Positions 26,551-35,564 of a DNA stretch of 64,000 nucleotides are shown in pieces. The position numbers were made by a program, and so were the translations under genes. The stretch is taken from IMG/VR virus record IMGVR_UViG_3300042305_001773, positions 124,001 to 188,000 of that record; one strand, given 5' to 3'. The notes under the pieces were generated by a model that saw only the letters and a list, made by a program, of their open reading frames with translations, searched no databases and was not told the DNA's origin. Position 1 is the stretch's first letter, and each line of letters begins with the position of its first letter.

Positions 26551-28467
26551 ATGGATAAACCTGATCAAACAGTTACTGAAGCAGTTGACATGCCTTCCGT
26601 AGGCGTGCAATCACTTCTACAAGAATTAATCTCGATCGACGTGACGGATGTGCATTCTGTTCACGCGCGTGCCGCTGTTTTGCAGCAGCTCGCGGGTCGG
26701 CATGCTTTCCCGTCGCTCGAACCTATTTTGCCTTTGGTTCTGAACCTTAATGGACGCCCGTACAGCATTCAGAATCATATGCCTTTTTCCCCACTTTTCC
26801 GGCTACTGACGCCGAAAAATCAAGTGTGGTGCACGGGGCGTCAGGTATCAAAATCGACCAGCCTAGCAGCGCACGGAGTTGTAGTTGCCAACTCTATCCC
26901 GTTCTTCAAAACGTTATTCATCACACCGTTGTACGAACAGATACGCCGGTTCTCGAATAACTATGTGCGTCCGTTTATCGATCAGTCTCCTGTGAAGTCG
27001 CAATGGAGCGGCACGACGACCGAGAATTCAGTTCTGCAAAGATCTTTTAAAAACAACTCAATGATGTTGTTTAGCTTTGCGCTTTTAGATTCGGATCGTG
27101 TGCGTGGTGTTTCTGCAGACCGCGTGTGCATCGACGAAGTTCAGGACATGGATCCTGATCACGTGCCGATCATTCAAGAAACGATGTCTTACTCCAAATG
27201 GGCGACGAGTTATTACACAGGAACGCCGAAGACGCTAGATAACTTAATTTACGGATTGTATAAACGATCATCACAGGCCGAATGGTTTATACCTTGTCAT
27301 TCATGCAAGCACTGGAGCATCCCTTCGCTTGAGTATGACTTAGATAAAATGATCGGCCCATACAGCATTCATATCAGCGAGAACTATCCGGGCACCGTCT
27401 GCGCTAAATGTCAGAAACCGATCAGCCCAAGGCATGGTCGGTGGGTGCATAGATATCCCGAACGCCGCTGGCAATTTGCCGGGTATCACGTACCGCAGAT
27501 GATACTACCGCTTCATTTCTCCGACCCTGAAAAGTGGTCAACTCTATTGTTGAAGAGGGAAGGCTTTGGGAATATGACCCAAGCGCAGTTCTACAACGAG
27601 GTAATGGGAGAAAGCGTTGATACCGGTCAGAAGCTCATCAGCGAAACTGATTTGAAGGCTGCGTGCGTGCTAGACTGGGAAAACAAGAAAGAACCAGACC
27701 CTAAGTGCTTTGCAAATCTCTCGAACTACAAACATCGCATCCTTGCGGTCGACTGGGGCGGTGGCGGAGAAGCAGGTATTAGTTTCACCGTGCTTACTGT
27801 GCTGGGGTTCCGCCCAGATGGGACCATCGACACGCTGTGGGCCAAGCGCCTGCTTATTGGCGGCGATCATTTGGCCGAAGCGGTTGAATGTATGCGCTGG
27901 TCTAACTTGTTTAATTGCGATTTTGTCGCTCACGATTACACGGGCGCCGGCACGGTCCGCGAAACGGTCATGGTGCAGGCTGGGTTTAATCTAGAGCGAG
28001 TCTTGGCGATGCGACTTGTTCGTTCCGCGTCGCAAGATTTGATGGTGTTCAAACCGCCGACAGAGATCAATCATCGAGCGCACTATAGCCTCGACAAAAC
28101 GCGGTCGTTGCTGTACACGTGTCAGGCGATCAAGCTGAAGCAAGTCCGCTTCTTCCAGTATGACTGGGCGTCGCAGGACTCGCCGGGCTTGGTGTCGGAC
28201 TTTCTTGCGCTGGTAGAAAGTAAAGCCGAGTCTAGACTAGGCGGCGATATTTATACCATTACAAGGAACACGTTGTTGACTGACGACTTTGCGCAAGCTG
28301 TTAACCTAGGCTGCGCCGCTCTTTGGCACGTGAATAACGCGTGGCCTAATTTCGCGGAGATAGCTGGCGTAGCCCGGTTAAGCGAGCGTGTTGTTAAGGC
28401 AGAGACGCCGATGGATGACGACTGGGCGGATGATTCCATCGGGCGAAACTACTTTGGCGGGTATTAA
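26551..28467 (+). CDS. terL: terminase large subunit (lambda GpA-like)
   Basis: Walker A-like GRQVSKST, Walker B CIDEVQD, motif III GTP, CxxC..CxxC Zn finger, nuclease AVDWG and C-terminal DD. Confidence 0.88.
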   Translation: MDKPDQTVTEAVDMPSVGVQSLLQELISIDVTDVHSVHARAAVLQQLAGRHAFPSLEPILPLVLNLNGRPYSIQNHMPFSPLFRLLTPKNQVWCTGRQVSKSTSLAAHGVVVANSIPFFKTLFITPLYEQIRRFSNNYVRPFIDQSPVKSQWSGTTTENSVLQRSFKNNSMMLFSFALLDSDRVRGVSADRVCIDEVQDMDPDHVPIIQETMSYSKWATSYYTGTPKTLDNLIYGLYKRSSQAEWFIPCHSCKHWSIPSLEYDLDKMIGPYSIHISENYPGTVCAKCQKPISPRHGRWVHRYPERRWQFAGYHVPQMILPLHFSDPEKWSTLLLKREGFGNMTQAQFYNEVMGESVDTGQKLISETDLKAACVLDWENKKEPDPKCFANLSNYKHRILAVDWGGGGEAGISFTVLTVLGFRPDGTIDTLWAKRLLIGGDHLAEAVECMRWSNLFNCDFVAHDYTGAGTVRETVMVQAGFNLERVLAMRLVRSASQDLMVFKPPTEINHRAHYSLDKTRSLLYTCQAIKLKQVRFFQYDWASQDSPGLVSDFLALVESKAESRLGGDIYTITRNTLLTDDFAQAVNLGCAALWHVNNAWPNFAEIAGVARLSERVVKAETPMDDDWADDSIGRNYFGGY

Positions 28468-28790
28468 AAAATCCGCCAGCAGTAGTCCTCGATAAATTTT
28501 TTCATCGCCGCGTAATCTCTAATCTTGGCGGTTTCAATAACGTCAACGACGGCACAAGCCGCGGTATACAGCGCGGTCGCCGCTTCCGTACAATCCATTG
28601 AGGAGTCATACAACTCCCAATTAGCGCCAGAGCGCGGCACGGCTGGTTCCTTGCCTTCAAACGCGTCGGCGACGATTCGCTGAAATACGCCATCTGGTTC
28701 GGTATCCATCGCGCCAAACGAGCGATACTTTTCTTGAACTTTTTCGAATCTACGAATCGCTTCTTTGAGCGTCGTCACGGCAAGTGTCAT
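28464..28790 (-). CDS. hypothetical protein
   Basis: Stop overlaps the terL stop (TTAA). Confidence 0.6.
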   Translation of the reverse strand: MTLAVTTLKEAIRRFEKVQEKYRSFGAMDTEPDGVFQRIVADAFEGKEPAVPRSGANWELYDSSMDCTEAATALYTAACAVVDVIETAKIRDYAAMKKFIEDYCWRIF

Positions 28791-29232
28791 CGGATTTACC
28801 GCCGGCGTTGACAATCTCCATACCCTTTTCAGTTATCGAGAAATTGAAATCGTTTTTTTCGCAGTCATACTCAGCGTCTAGCAAACCACGCTGTACGCCG
28901 ACACGCATAATGTTCGATATGACACGAGCACCGAGCGCGCGAAATAACCGAAGCATCTTTTCTTTGTACTCTTCAAACGAGTTTGCGCCGATGCCGTACG
29001 CGCCGTCTGTTTGAATATCTGACAGGTCGCGTACAATTTGCTCGACCTCCCATATCTCCAAGAATTGACGCTGGTAGTCCAGATCGCATTCGGCTTCAGT
29101 CGGCTTTTCGTTTTGCATCTTTGCGATAAAGCCAGCAAACATCATAAGCACGTGATCGCGCAAATCTTCAATCGATCCGCAAATGCGGCGAGACGGCTGC
29201 TCGTCGTTTTCGTCTTCGTAGTCTTCGAACAT
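28750..29232 (-). CDS. hypothetical protein, possible winged-helix C-term
   Basis: GAGG RBS; RGLL...FSITEKG. Confidence 0.55.
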   Translation of the reverse strand: MFEDYEDENDEQPSRRICGSIEDLRDHVLMMFAGFIAKMQNEKPTEAECDLDYQRQFLEIWEVEQIVRDLSDIQTDGAYGIGANSFEEYKEKMLRLFRALGARVISNIMRVGVQRGLLDAEYDCEKNDFNFSITEKGMEIVNAGGKSDDTCRDDAQRSDS

Positions 29233-29239
29233 GTTTACC

Positions 29240-29554
29240 TCAGACAGCCTCGGCGGCAAGGCGGGCCGTCGCTAGTGCGGCGTCGTAGTTGCCGCGCGCA
29301 ATCATACGCGCGTGGGCCGCATCGCGGCACTGACCTAGATAGTCCGAGTAGGCGGCGTCTGTGTTGACCAGCGCTTCGGCCGAGCTGAAGCTGTGCGGTT
29401 TGCTGGTCAGCGGATTGTCGCCGCTACGCATGATCCGCTCAACGGCGGACATCTTGACCGAGATCCGGTTGTCTTCCAATTCCGACTCGCGCCGGACAGC
29501 GTCCGCGAGGGCGGAGGCGGCAGCAGTAATGTTATCAGCAAAGTTCTTCGACAT
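29240..29554 (-). CDS. helical protein, possibly UvsY-like
   Basis: AAGGAG RBS; SAEALVNTDAAY pattern; weak. Confidence 0.5.
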   Translation of the reverse strand: MSKNFADNITAAASALADAVRRESELEDNRISVKMSAVERIMRSGDNPLTSKPHSFSSAEALVNTDAAYSDYLGQCRDAAHARMIARGNYDAALATARLAAEAV

Positions 29555-29563
29555 GGTCACTCC

Positions 29564-29830
29564 TTATTTATCTATGGCGCGACGAACACGAAGTATGTCG
29601 TCTAGCGCGCGGTCGAGCATATGGACTGCTTCTTCGCGGTTACCCGCGTCAACCAACTCAAATATCAAAAACGCAAATAGTGTGTCACCGCATTCGCGAA
29701 TTTGTTTTTTGCCTTGGCGATTAATGTAGTCTTGAAACGTTTCGCCAATTTCCGGCGGATCAATTGCTAACAGATCGGACGCCGGGTATGAATCGTATAT
29801 TTCTTTCGGAGTTAGCGGATTATTCGTCAC
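29564..29830 (-). CDS. hypothetical protein
   Basis: Probable GTG start after GGAG; CGDTLF motif. Confidence 0.55.
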   Translation of the reverse strand: MTNNPLTPKEIYDSYPASDLLAIDPPEIGETFQDYINRQGKKQIRECGDTLFAFLIFELVDAGNREEAVHMLDRALDDILRVRRAIDK

Positions 29831-30077
29831 TTCTCCAGTTTTGTTTTTCTTGCCGCGTCGGAATGCGTTTTGGATATTTCTCTGGGTGGCAAGCCTGACA
29901 GCGTGCGCGGGTGCACCCAGCACAGCGCAAAGCTTTACGGTAGTGACCGTCGTCGATTACATGCGCGGGCTTGCCGTCTTGCAGGCTTTGCCGCCATATA
30001 TCCATACCGGCGTTAAGTTGCTTACGCTTTTTAATCCGGCGTTCGATGATGTGCTTTTCGCTGTGATATCGTTTCAT
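29820..30077 (-). CDS. small basic Cys-motif protein
   Basis: CAGC...CQACHP. Confidence 0.6.
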   Translation of the reverse strand: MKRYHSEKHIIERRIKKRKQLNAGMDIWRQSLQDGKPAHVIDDGHYRKALRCAGCTRARCQACHPEKYPKRIPTRQEKQNWRSDE

Positions 30078-30400
30078 TACATAAGTCCTATGTCGCGCAA
30101 GACGCCGTACTGCATAGCCAGCCGTTCCTGCGCTGTGTGTTTCATACGCCCGTGCGCTGATTGAGACACGTCAAGCGAACTGGCCGCGCGCCATTTTGCT
30201 AGGTCTAAACGTTTGCGTAATTTCAACGGGTTTTTGTCGTCAGTATTTCCGTGCTGCAATCCGCGGCGGAAACTGGCTTCTGAAATGCGCGCTATTAGCC
30301 GCACTAACTTTTTTTTCGTCGCGGCTGGTAGATTATCAAACTCTTGTCGCCGCAAACCGTTTGCGACCGACATGCGAGAAAAATCCGTTTTTGTTTTCAT
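30077..30400 (-). CDS. basic hypothetical protein
   Basis: Coupled ORF. Confidence 0.55.
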   Translation of the reverse strand: MKTKTDFSRMSVANGLRRQEFDNLPAATKKKLVRLIARISEASFRRGLQHGNTDDKNPLKLRKRLDLAKWRAASSLDVSQSAHGRMKHTAQERLAMQYGVLRDIGLM

Positions 30401-30404
30401 TACC

Positions 30405-30848
30405 TTAAGCTTCGCAGTAAATAACTACTTTGCAACCGCATTGCTCGGCTAATTTGATAACGTCGGGCGAGTACACCGACACGATCTGGTCGCGTTTAAC
30501 CGCGCCAGCTGTGATCAGCGCCTGCAGCCCGAGCTTAGCGATACCGCGTCGCCGGTATTCTGGGTCTACAAAACATTCGATTGTTTGCGCTGTAACCGCG
30601 CGACCTTTGAACTTCTCTGGCCACGGGCGCGAACCAACCCAGCCTACTAACGTCTCGTCAAACCAGACAAGGGCCATAGCCATTTCCGGGTGCGGCTGCT
30701 CGTGGTTAACGTGCAGATACCGCTTAGCGAGTTCTTTTCGAATTGAGCTGTCGCTACCCGAATCCGGCCACGACAACCTTGTCATAATGGCCGTCACATC
30801 GACCAGTCCAAGCCGGTTGATGTCTTTGATTTTGATAGAAATATCCAT
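30405..30848 (-). CDS. GNAT-family acetyltransferase
   Basis: FVDPEYRRRGIAK acetyl-CoA-binding motif A; GGAGG RBS. Confidence 0.85.
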   Translation of the reverse strand: MDISIKIKDINRLGLVDVTAIMTRLSWPDSGSDSSIRKELAKRYLHVNHEQPHPEMAMALVWFDETLVGWVGSRPWPEKFKGRAVTAQTIECFVDPEYRRRGIAKLGLQALITAGAVKRDQIVSVYSPDVIKLAEQCGCKVVIYCEA

Positions 30849-30883
30849 GCCGCGTCCTCCGAGACACAGCATGAAGTATACAA

Positions 30884-30956
30884 AGCCGGCGGTCGGATTC
30901 GAACCGACGACAGGCAGTTTACAAAACTGCTACTCTACCAACTGAGTTACGCCGGC
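30884..30956 (-). tRNA. tRNA-Thr(UGU), CCA not encoded
   Basis: GCCGGCGTAACTCAGTTGGTAGAGTAGCAGTT-T-TGT-AAACTGCCTGTCGTCGGTTCGAATCCGACCGCCGGCT folds as a cloverleaf. Confidence 0.95.
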
Positions 30957-30961
30957 AAATA

Positions 30962-31429
30962 TCAAACAAGTTCAGTGATTAAACCAGTTGGCCAGTAGTA
31001 TGGCATGTCGATTGGCTCCTGCCAACCAAACCGCGAATAGTGGCGGAAATCTTTGCGGAGAAGATTGCTGCGGTGGCTCGCGTGAAATTGCTCGTCACCA
31101 ATCCACGGCGGATATACGTTGCGCTCAATAGTGTCGCGCAGTGTGGTATAGCTGCCCATGAACTGCGGGCAGAGCGTGTCGTTAAATCCGCGGCGTATCC
31201 ATTCGCGGCACACGACTATGGCGTATACAGCTAGCGCAGTTTCATATCCAACCCACATGCGGACGGCGGGGTGATTGCGCCAACTACTTGTCCCGGGTTC
31301 GTGCTCACCAACCGGGACGCCGAGACATAATAAGATCTGTTTACATTCAACCCGTTGTTTGCCGAGCCTTTTGTTATCAAGGCAGGCAGCCGAGTGTTTG
31401 AATCTCGGCAGGGGTAAGAATGTCTGCAT
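30962..31429 (-). CDS. pyrimidine-dimer DNA glycosylase/EndoV-like (MSMEG_6728 family)
   Basis: MQTFLP...LDNKRLGKQRVE...HPAVRMW...HASHRSNLLRKD. Confidence 0.88.
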   Translation of the reverse strand: MQTFLPLPRFKHSAACLDNKRLGKQRVECKQILLCLGVPVGEHEPGTSSWRNHPAVRMWVGYETALAVYAIVVCREWIRRGFNDTLCPQFMGSYTTLRDTIERNVYPPWIGDEQFHASHRSNLLRKDFRHYSRFGWQEPIDMPYYWPTGLITELV

Positions 31430-31433
31430 TTAA

Positions 31434-31748
31434 TCAATCGTCAAACTCGTCGTCAAAATCTTCTTCGTATTCTGGATCATTGTCTTCTTCGTCCTCGTAC
31501 TCTTCGTCCCACTCTTCGTCATCGTCGCCCCATTCTTCTTCCTCTTCTTCATCATCATCGTCGTCATCGTCGTCTGTGAATACGTAATTCGGCTTGGGAA
31601 TGGCTATGTCGCTATCGTCATCGTCATCGTCGTCGTCGTTTACAAACTGCCACTCTTCTTCGATGAAATCGTCGTCGAGACCGTCGTCATGGCGGCCGGC
31701 GCGTTCGTTGGGCATGTCGCGAAACAACGGAGATTCAAAGTAGCGCAT
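31434..31748 (-). CDS. highly acidic small protein
   Basis: More than half of the residues are D/E. Confidence 0.65.
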   Translation of the reverse strand: MRYFESPLFRDMPNERAGRHDDGLDDDFIEEEWQFVNDDDDDDDDSDIAIPKPNYVFTDDDDDDDDEEEEEEWGDDDEEWDEEYEDEEDNDPEYEEDFDDEFDD

Positions 31749-31750
31749 AG

Positions 31751-34384
31751 TTATCCAATGTCCCGGGCAAGGTCAGCTGCAGGTAACAAATATTGATCGC
31801 ACCAACTGCTGTCAACAAGAATACCCGGCAGGTTGCGCACCGCTTCCTCTCCGCCGAAAACTCCGCGACGCGTCAATAGTTTAACAAGCCAGAGCCAGTT
31901 TGGGGCTAGTGCTTTTCTATCGTAAAAGTAGCGATTGACCGCACGCTGGTTCAACCACCAATGCGTTTTTTTACGCACAATGTAGTTATTGGGCTGGCCG
32001 ACCTTTCTTGCCCGCGGCAATACAGCTAACGCGCCGGTTTGAACAGCGGTTGTTAACTCTGCAAAAAACGACAAATCAGCTTCGTTTTGCGTGATTAAAT
32101 GTTTGCAGGCGTAGTCGAGCTGGAATGCGCTGCCATACGTTTCTTGCAGCCAGTCGTGCAGGTCGGTAAGCACGGCTAATGCGGTCACCGGATTTGTCAG
32201 GCTAATGCGCATACGTTGACGCATCGCACGCTGAATATAGCCGGGCAAAATATACGCCAGCGGCGCAAAATCAGTTTTAAGCGGCGCCGCACCGCAAATA
32301 ATCTGCCAGCCATACATTGGCGCAATTGCCGCAGCCGTATGCGCCAGATGTACAAGCACGGGCCGGTTATGGCAGCGCGGTATCGTCAGACTCAGGCTGG
32401 TCGCGTCGAATACGCTAGCAACAGTTGTCGGCCACGCTAACTCCGCTGTGCGAGAGTACACTGCAGCGCTTGCGGACGCCCGGTGCAAAATATCAATACG
32501 CTGATGCGGGCAGCCAAGGACAGTCGCGATTTGTTGCGCGACGGCAAAGCTGTCGCCTGTAAAACCAGTGGCTACAGGATCGCGCCGCAAGATCGGGTCT
32601 ACAAGATCCGCGATAATGGTTGCCGCAACAGTCCAGACAAATGCGTTCTCTTGGCTAGGCGTTAAGAACTGGCGGATGGCCGGCGGGGCAACTGCCACCG
32701 GTTCAGGGAATATGGCATGTTTGTTTTTTTCGCTTGGCTGGTTTGGCGCTGATGGCGCGCCGTCAGCGGCTAGCTCGTAGTTTGCAAAACGAAATACGCT
32801 TGCGCGGTCATCCCAACCCAACCTGTTGGAGACGCACACCAGTTCTGGTTTACTCAAACCGATGGCGAGCAAATGGCTTCTGCTGTTCCACCGACTGTCG
32901 TACAGCATCACTTTTTTGTGTGACGCCACTACGCCAGCTGCATACGCCAGCAGCCCAGCCCGTTCGATTTTAAACGCGTTGTCGGCAAAATTGATTTCTT
33001 CGCCGTTGAGATAGATTGTACCGGCGTATGTTTTTTCGCCGTCGTCGGCTTGCGTGATCTTACTGATAACAATGTTCGCGTCGCAGATGTGGTGATTTGT
33101 AACGCTCCACCAGCCGTCAGCCTTTGGAATAACGGTATGTCGCCACGGCTGGGGCGCGGTTGGGGTAATGTGCTTGGACGTCTTGACGTGTGTTAACACT
33201 CGATCTGAAAAGCCGGGAGAAAAGTTACTACCAATTTTGTTTAAGAACGGCACTAACTTGTCTGGCGGTATTGTGAGCCGCGTCGCAAACGAGTGCGCCG
33301 CGATTTCATTCATCTGGCCAAGCGCGTTGCTCAGCCGGCTTTGCCACGTCTCGGCATTTCTACGAATTGAGACTAGCCGCGTCATTGCGTCTGTAGCCAG
33401 CCTGTTTTTTACGCGCTGGTTTTGCGCGACGATAGCGACGTAGCCACGGGCGTTGGCTGTACGGCTGATTAGTTCCGGCGACACTAAATGACTCTGAAAG
33501 ATTCGCGGGACTGGCGCAAATGAACACCAGCTACCGCCCCAGCTATTTGCCTCGACACCTGTATAACTCGCCATGACAGGCAGCAACGACTGCCCGCGGC
33601 GCAACATTTCACACTGCATACTCAGCGCCCACATCGGATCGTCTACGACGAATTGCGTGCTCTTTAGCGGTTCGGCGGCGGGAAGAAGTGCCGTACGCAA
33701 TAAGAAGTAACCGGCTTCTGGGCGACTGCGCTTGTACTGGTTTAGCGAGATAAAGTTTTGCTTGGCCATAAACTGCTCGTCGTACTGCACGACCAGAAAG
33801 CCGGTTATACGCCCGGGTAGGTCATAATACGGGAACACAAGGCTGGCGCCGTTTTCGCGCACGGGGCTAATAAGCGGCCGGCGCACAAAGCGTTGGAGTG
33901 TGTCTATCTGTTCTTTGTACGCCACACCGACAAGTCCGGCAGCGTCTATTTCTGGATATACACCAAGCTCGCGCAAGCGGCAGGCAATAACGTCGTCGTG
34001 GTGTCCCCAAATTTGCGCTTCGGCGTCAAACCAGAACTGCTCAAATTTTTCAAAGCGTTCAATTGCCCGGGCGTACTCGACGACCGCATTATCTTTTTCG
34101 GCCGGGTTTATAGCGTTTAACTCGATAAAACGGGCGATCGCTACATCCGGGCTTGTATTCCATAATGCCGCGCCAAACGTTATGATATCTCCATGGGCCG
34201 AGCACGAATTACAGTGCAGCCAAATACCGTTAGTGCTTGCGTCGTCGAACAGGTGTAGCGTATTTTTTTGACATAGCGGACAACTGACGACAGCCGGGAA
34301 AACCAACTGGTCCGGCGCAATGCCCAACGCCGACAGGGCAATCGCGTGGTGTTGGCGGCCAATTAAACAGGTAGGAAATCCCAT
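31751..34384 (-). CDS. primase/helicase-like protein, apparently degenerate
   Basis: N-term CPLC...CNSC Zn finger; LVFPYYD.PG.ITGF (DnaG-like); RLGWDD (DUF927-like); canonical TOPRIM and Walker A not seen. Confidence 0.55.
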   Translation of the reverse strand: MGFPTCLIGRQHHAIALSALGIAPDQLVFPAVVSCPLCQKNTLHLFDDASTNGIWLHCNSCSAHGDIITFGAALWNTSPDVAIARFIELNAINPAEKDNAVVEYARAIERFEKFEQFWFDAEAQIWGHHDDVIACRLRELGVYPEIDAAGLVGVAYKEQIDTLQRFVRRPLISPVRENGASLVFPYYDLPGRITGFLVVQYDEQFMAKQNFISLNQYKRSRPEAGYFLLRTALLPAAEPLKSTQFVVDDPMWALSMQCEMLRRGQSLLPVMASYTGVEANSWGGSWCSFAPVPRIFQSHLVSPELISRTANARGYVAIVAQNQRVKNRLATDAMTRLVSIRRNAETWQSRLSNALGQMNEIAAHSFATRLTIPPDKLVPFLNKIGSNFSPGFSDRVLTHVKTSKHITPTAPQPWRHTVIPKADGWWSVTNHHICDANIVISKITQADDGEKTYAGTIYLNGEEINFADNAFKIERAGLLAYAAGVVASHKKVMLYDSRWNSRSHLLAIGLSKPELVCVSNRLGWDDRASVFRFANYELAADGAPSAPNQPSEKNKHAIFPEPVAVAPPAIRQFLTPSQENAFVWTVAATIIADLVDPILRRDPVATGFTGDSFAVAQQIATVLGCPHQRIDILHRASASAAVYSRTAELAWPTTVASVFDATSLSLTIPRCHNRPVLVHLAHTAAAIAPMYGWQIICGAAPLKTDFAPLAYILPGYIQRAMRQRMRISLTNPVTALAVLTDLHDWLQETYGSAFQLDYACKHLITQNEADLSFFAELTTAVQTGALAVLPRARKVGQPNNYIVRKKTHWWLNQRAVNRYFYDRKALAPNWLWLVKLLTRRGVFGGEEAVRNLPGILVDSSWCDQYLLPAADLARDIG

Positions 34385-35564
34385 GACAAATATCCCGCTC
34401 GATCAAGCGCACGACGTCAGTGGCCGCGAAACCCACAGGCTGACTACCCTGTATCCGCAACCTGACTTTGTAAAAAATGCCGCGCACGAAAAACTAAGCA
34501 GTGCCGCGGATTTACCACGCCATCTATACGCTGATCAGCGCCATAAACTTTATCCGTGCCATACTGCCCCTGCAACATGGATGTCGGCGCTTTTCTTTGC
34601 TGACAAGCAAGCGCAGTTCGACGCCAAGGAGGCAGCGGCTATTCAATCTAAGATACACCAAGCCGCCGAGTATTTTGGTATTCGCGGGGCTGTGGCGGAA
34701 CTAGAAGAGAAGATTGCGGCCAGCTCGGCGCAGGATATTAACAGTTTGCCGGACTCGGAGTTCGCCATCGTGTGGGTCAGCGAGGTGGGCGGTAAAGAGC
34801 GCCACTGGCCGCTGCGGAACGCCGAGGAAGTCAAGTTCGCTGCGGCGCATTTTAAGACATTCCGCGACAACTTTGTGTTCGACGACCGGCACGTGATCGC
34901 CACCAAGATCCTCGAAAAGGCCGCGCAATACGGCGCCGACGTTTCGGGCGCTGAGGGCTCGCTAGAGCTGGCGGCTGGTCTGGGTGCGTGCGCCGCCAAG
35001 GTCGCGAGCGACATGATCAAAGACCGCGTAGGGCTCACCCGCCGGCAGCATTCGCAGCTGGCAGGCGAGTTGTCCAAGTTAGCCGAGGTTATCGACCAGA
35101 ACCCTGAAAGGGCTCGTACGGTCGAGATGCGGCTAAAGTTGGCGAGCGCGGTCGATAATTTCGATAGAAGCACCAACCTCTATCGCCTGTACGACGCCGG
35201 CGGCCTACCGCGGCCGGAAGAAGTCCTGTTTGCCATTACTGAAAAGGTGGCGCGCGACTTTTTAGATAGCAATGTCGAAACCACCACCGGCAACGTCTAC
35301 GCCCTCACTGATTTAGAGAAACTAGCGGTTGAAGACGTACGCGAGTGGCTTGGCGACGACTTTGCAGACGCGGTAAGTGCCGGCGGCGTATACATGGACC
35401 GCGACAAGCTGGCGGCGATTGTGCCCACGCTTGACCGTGGCATGGCTACCATGCTGGACCGGCTCATGCAGGACAAGTCTGCTGCGCCGGTTGTGAAGTC
35501 AGCGTCGGCGGCCAGTAACCTTCTTTCGCTTGCTCGCCTGCACGAGCTTGCGGCTGGCGGTTGA
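34383..35564 (+). CDS. protein with two DUF6582-like motifs
   Basis: LPRHLYAD..HKLYPC and LPDSEFA...ERHWPL..A..V..A..HF. Confidence 0.7.
   Translation: MTNIPLDQAHDVSGRETHRLTTLYPQPDFVKNAAHEKLSSAADLPRHLYADQRHKLYPCHTAPATWMSALFFADKQAQFDAKEAAAIQSKIHQAAEYFGIRGAVAELEEKIAASSAQDINSLPDSEFAIVWVSEVGGKERHWPLRNAEEVKFAAAHFKTFRDNFVFDDRHVIATKILEKAAQYGADVSGAEGSLELAAGLGACAAKVASDMIKDRVGLTRRQHSQLAGELSKLAEVIDQNPERARTVEMRLKLASAVDNFDRSTNLYRLYDAGGLPRPEEVLFAITEKVARDFLDSNVETTTGNVYALTDLEKLAVEDVREWLGDDFADAVSAGGVYMDRDKLAAIVPTLDRGMATMLDRLMQDKSAAPVVKSASAASNLLSLARLHELAAGG

Noticed and set aside
26551-28467. Intein or intron in terL
   Set aside because: Length and motif spacing are normal; no intein splice motifs seen
30884-30956. 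tRNA as a prophage attachment site
   Set aside because: No integrase, no duplicated tRNA 3' end noticed, and phage-like genes continue on both sides
31490-31680. TCG/TCA/TCT trinucleotide microsatellite
   Set aside because: Explained by poly-Asp/Glu codons of the acidic protein
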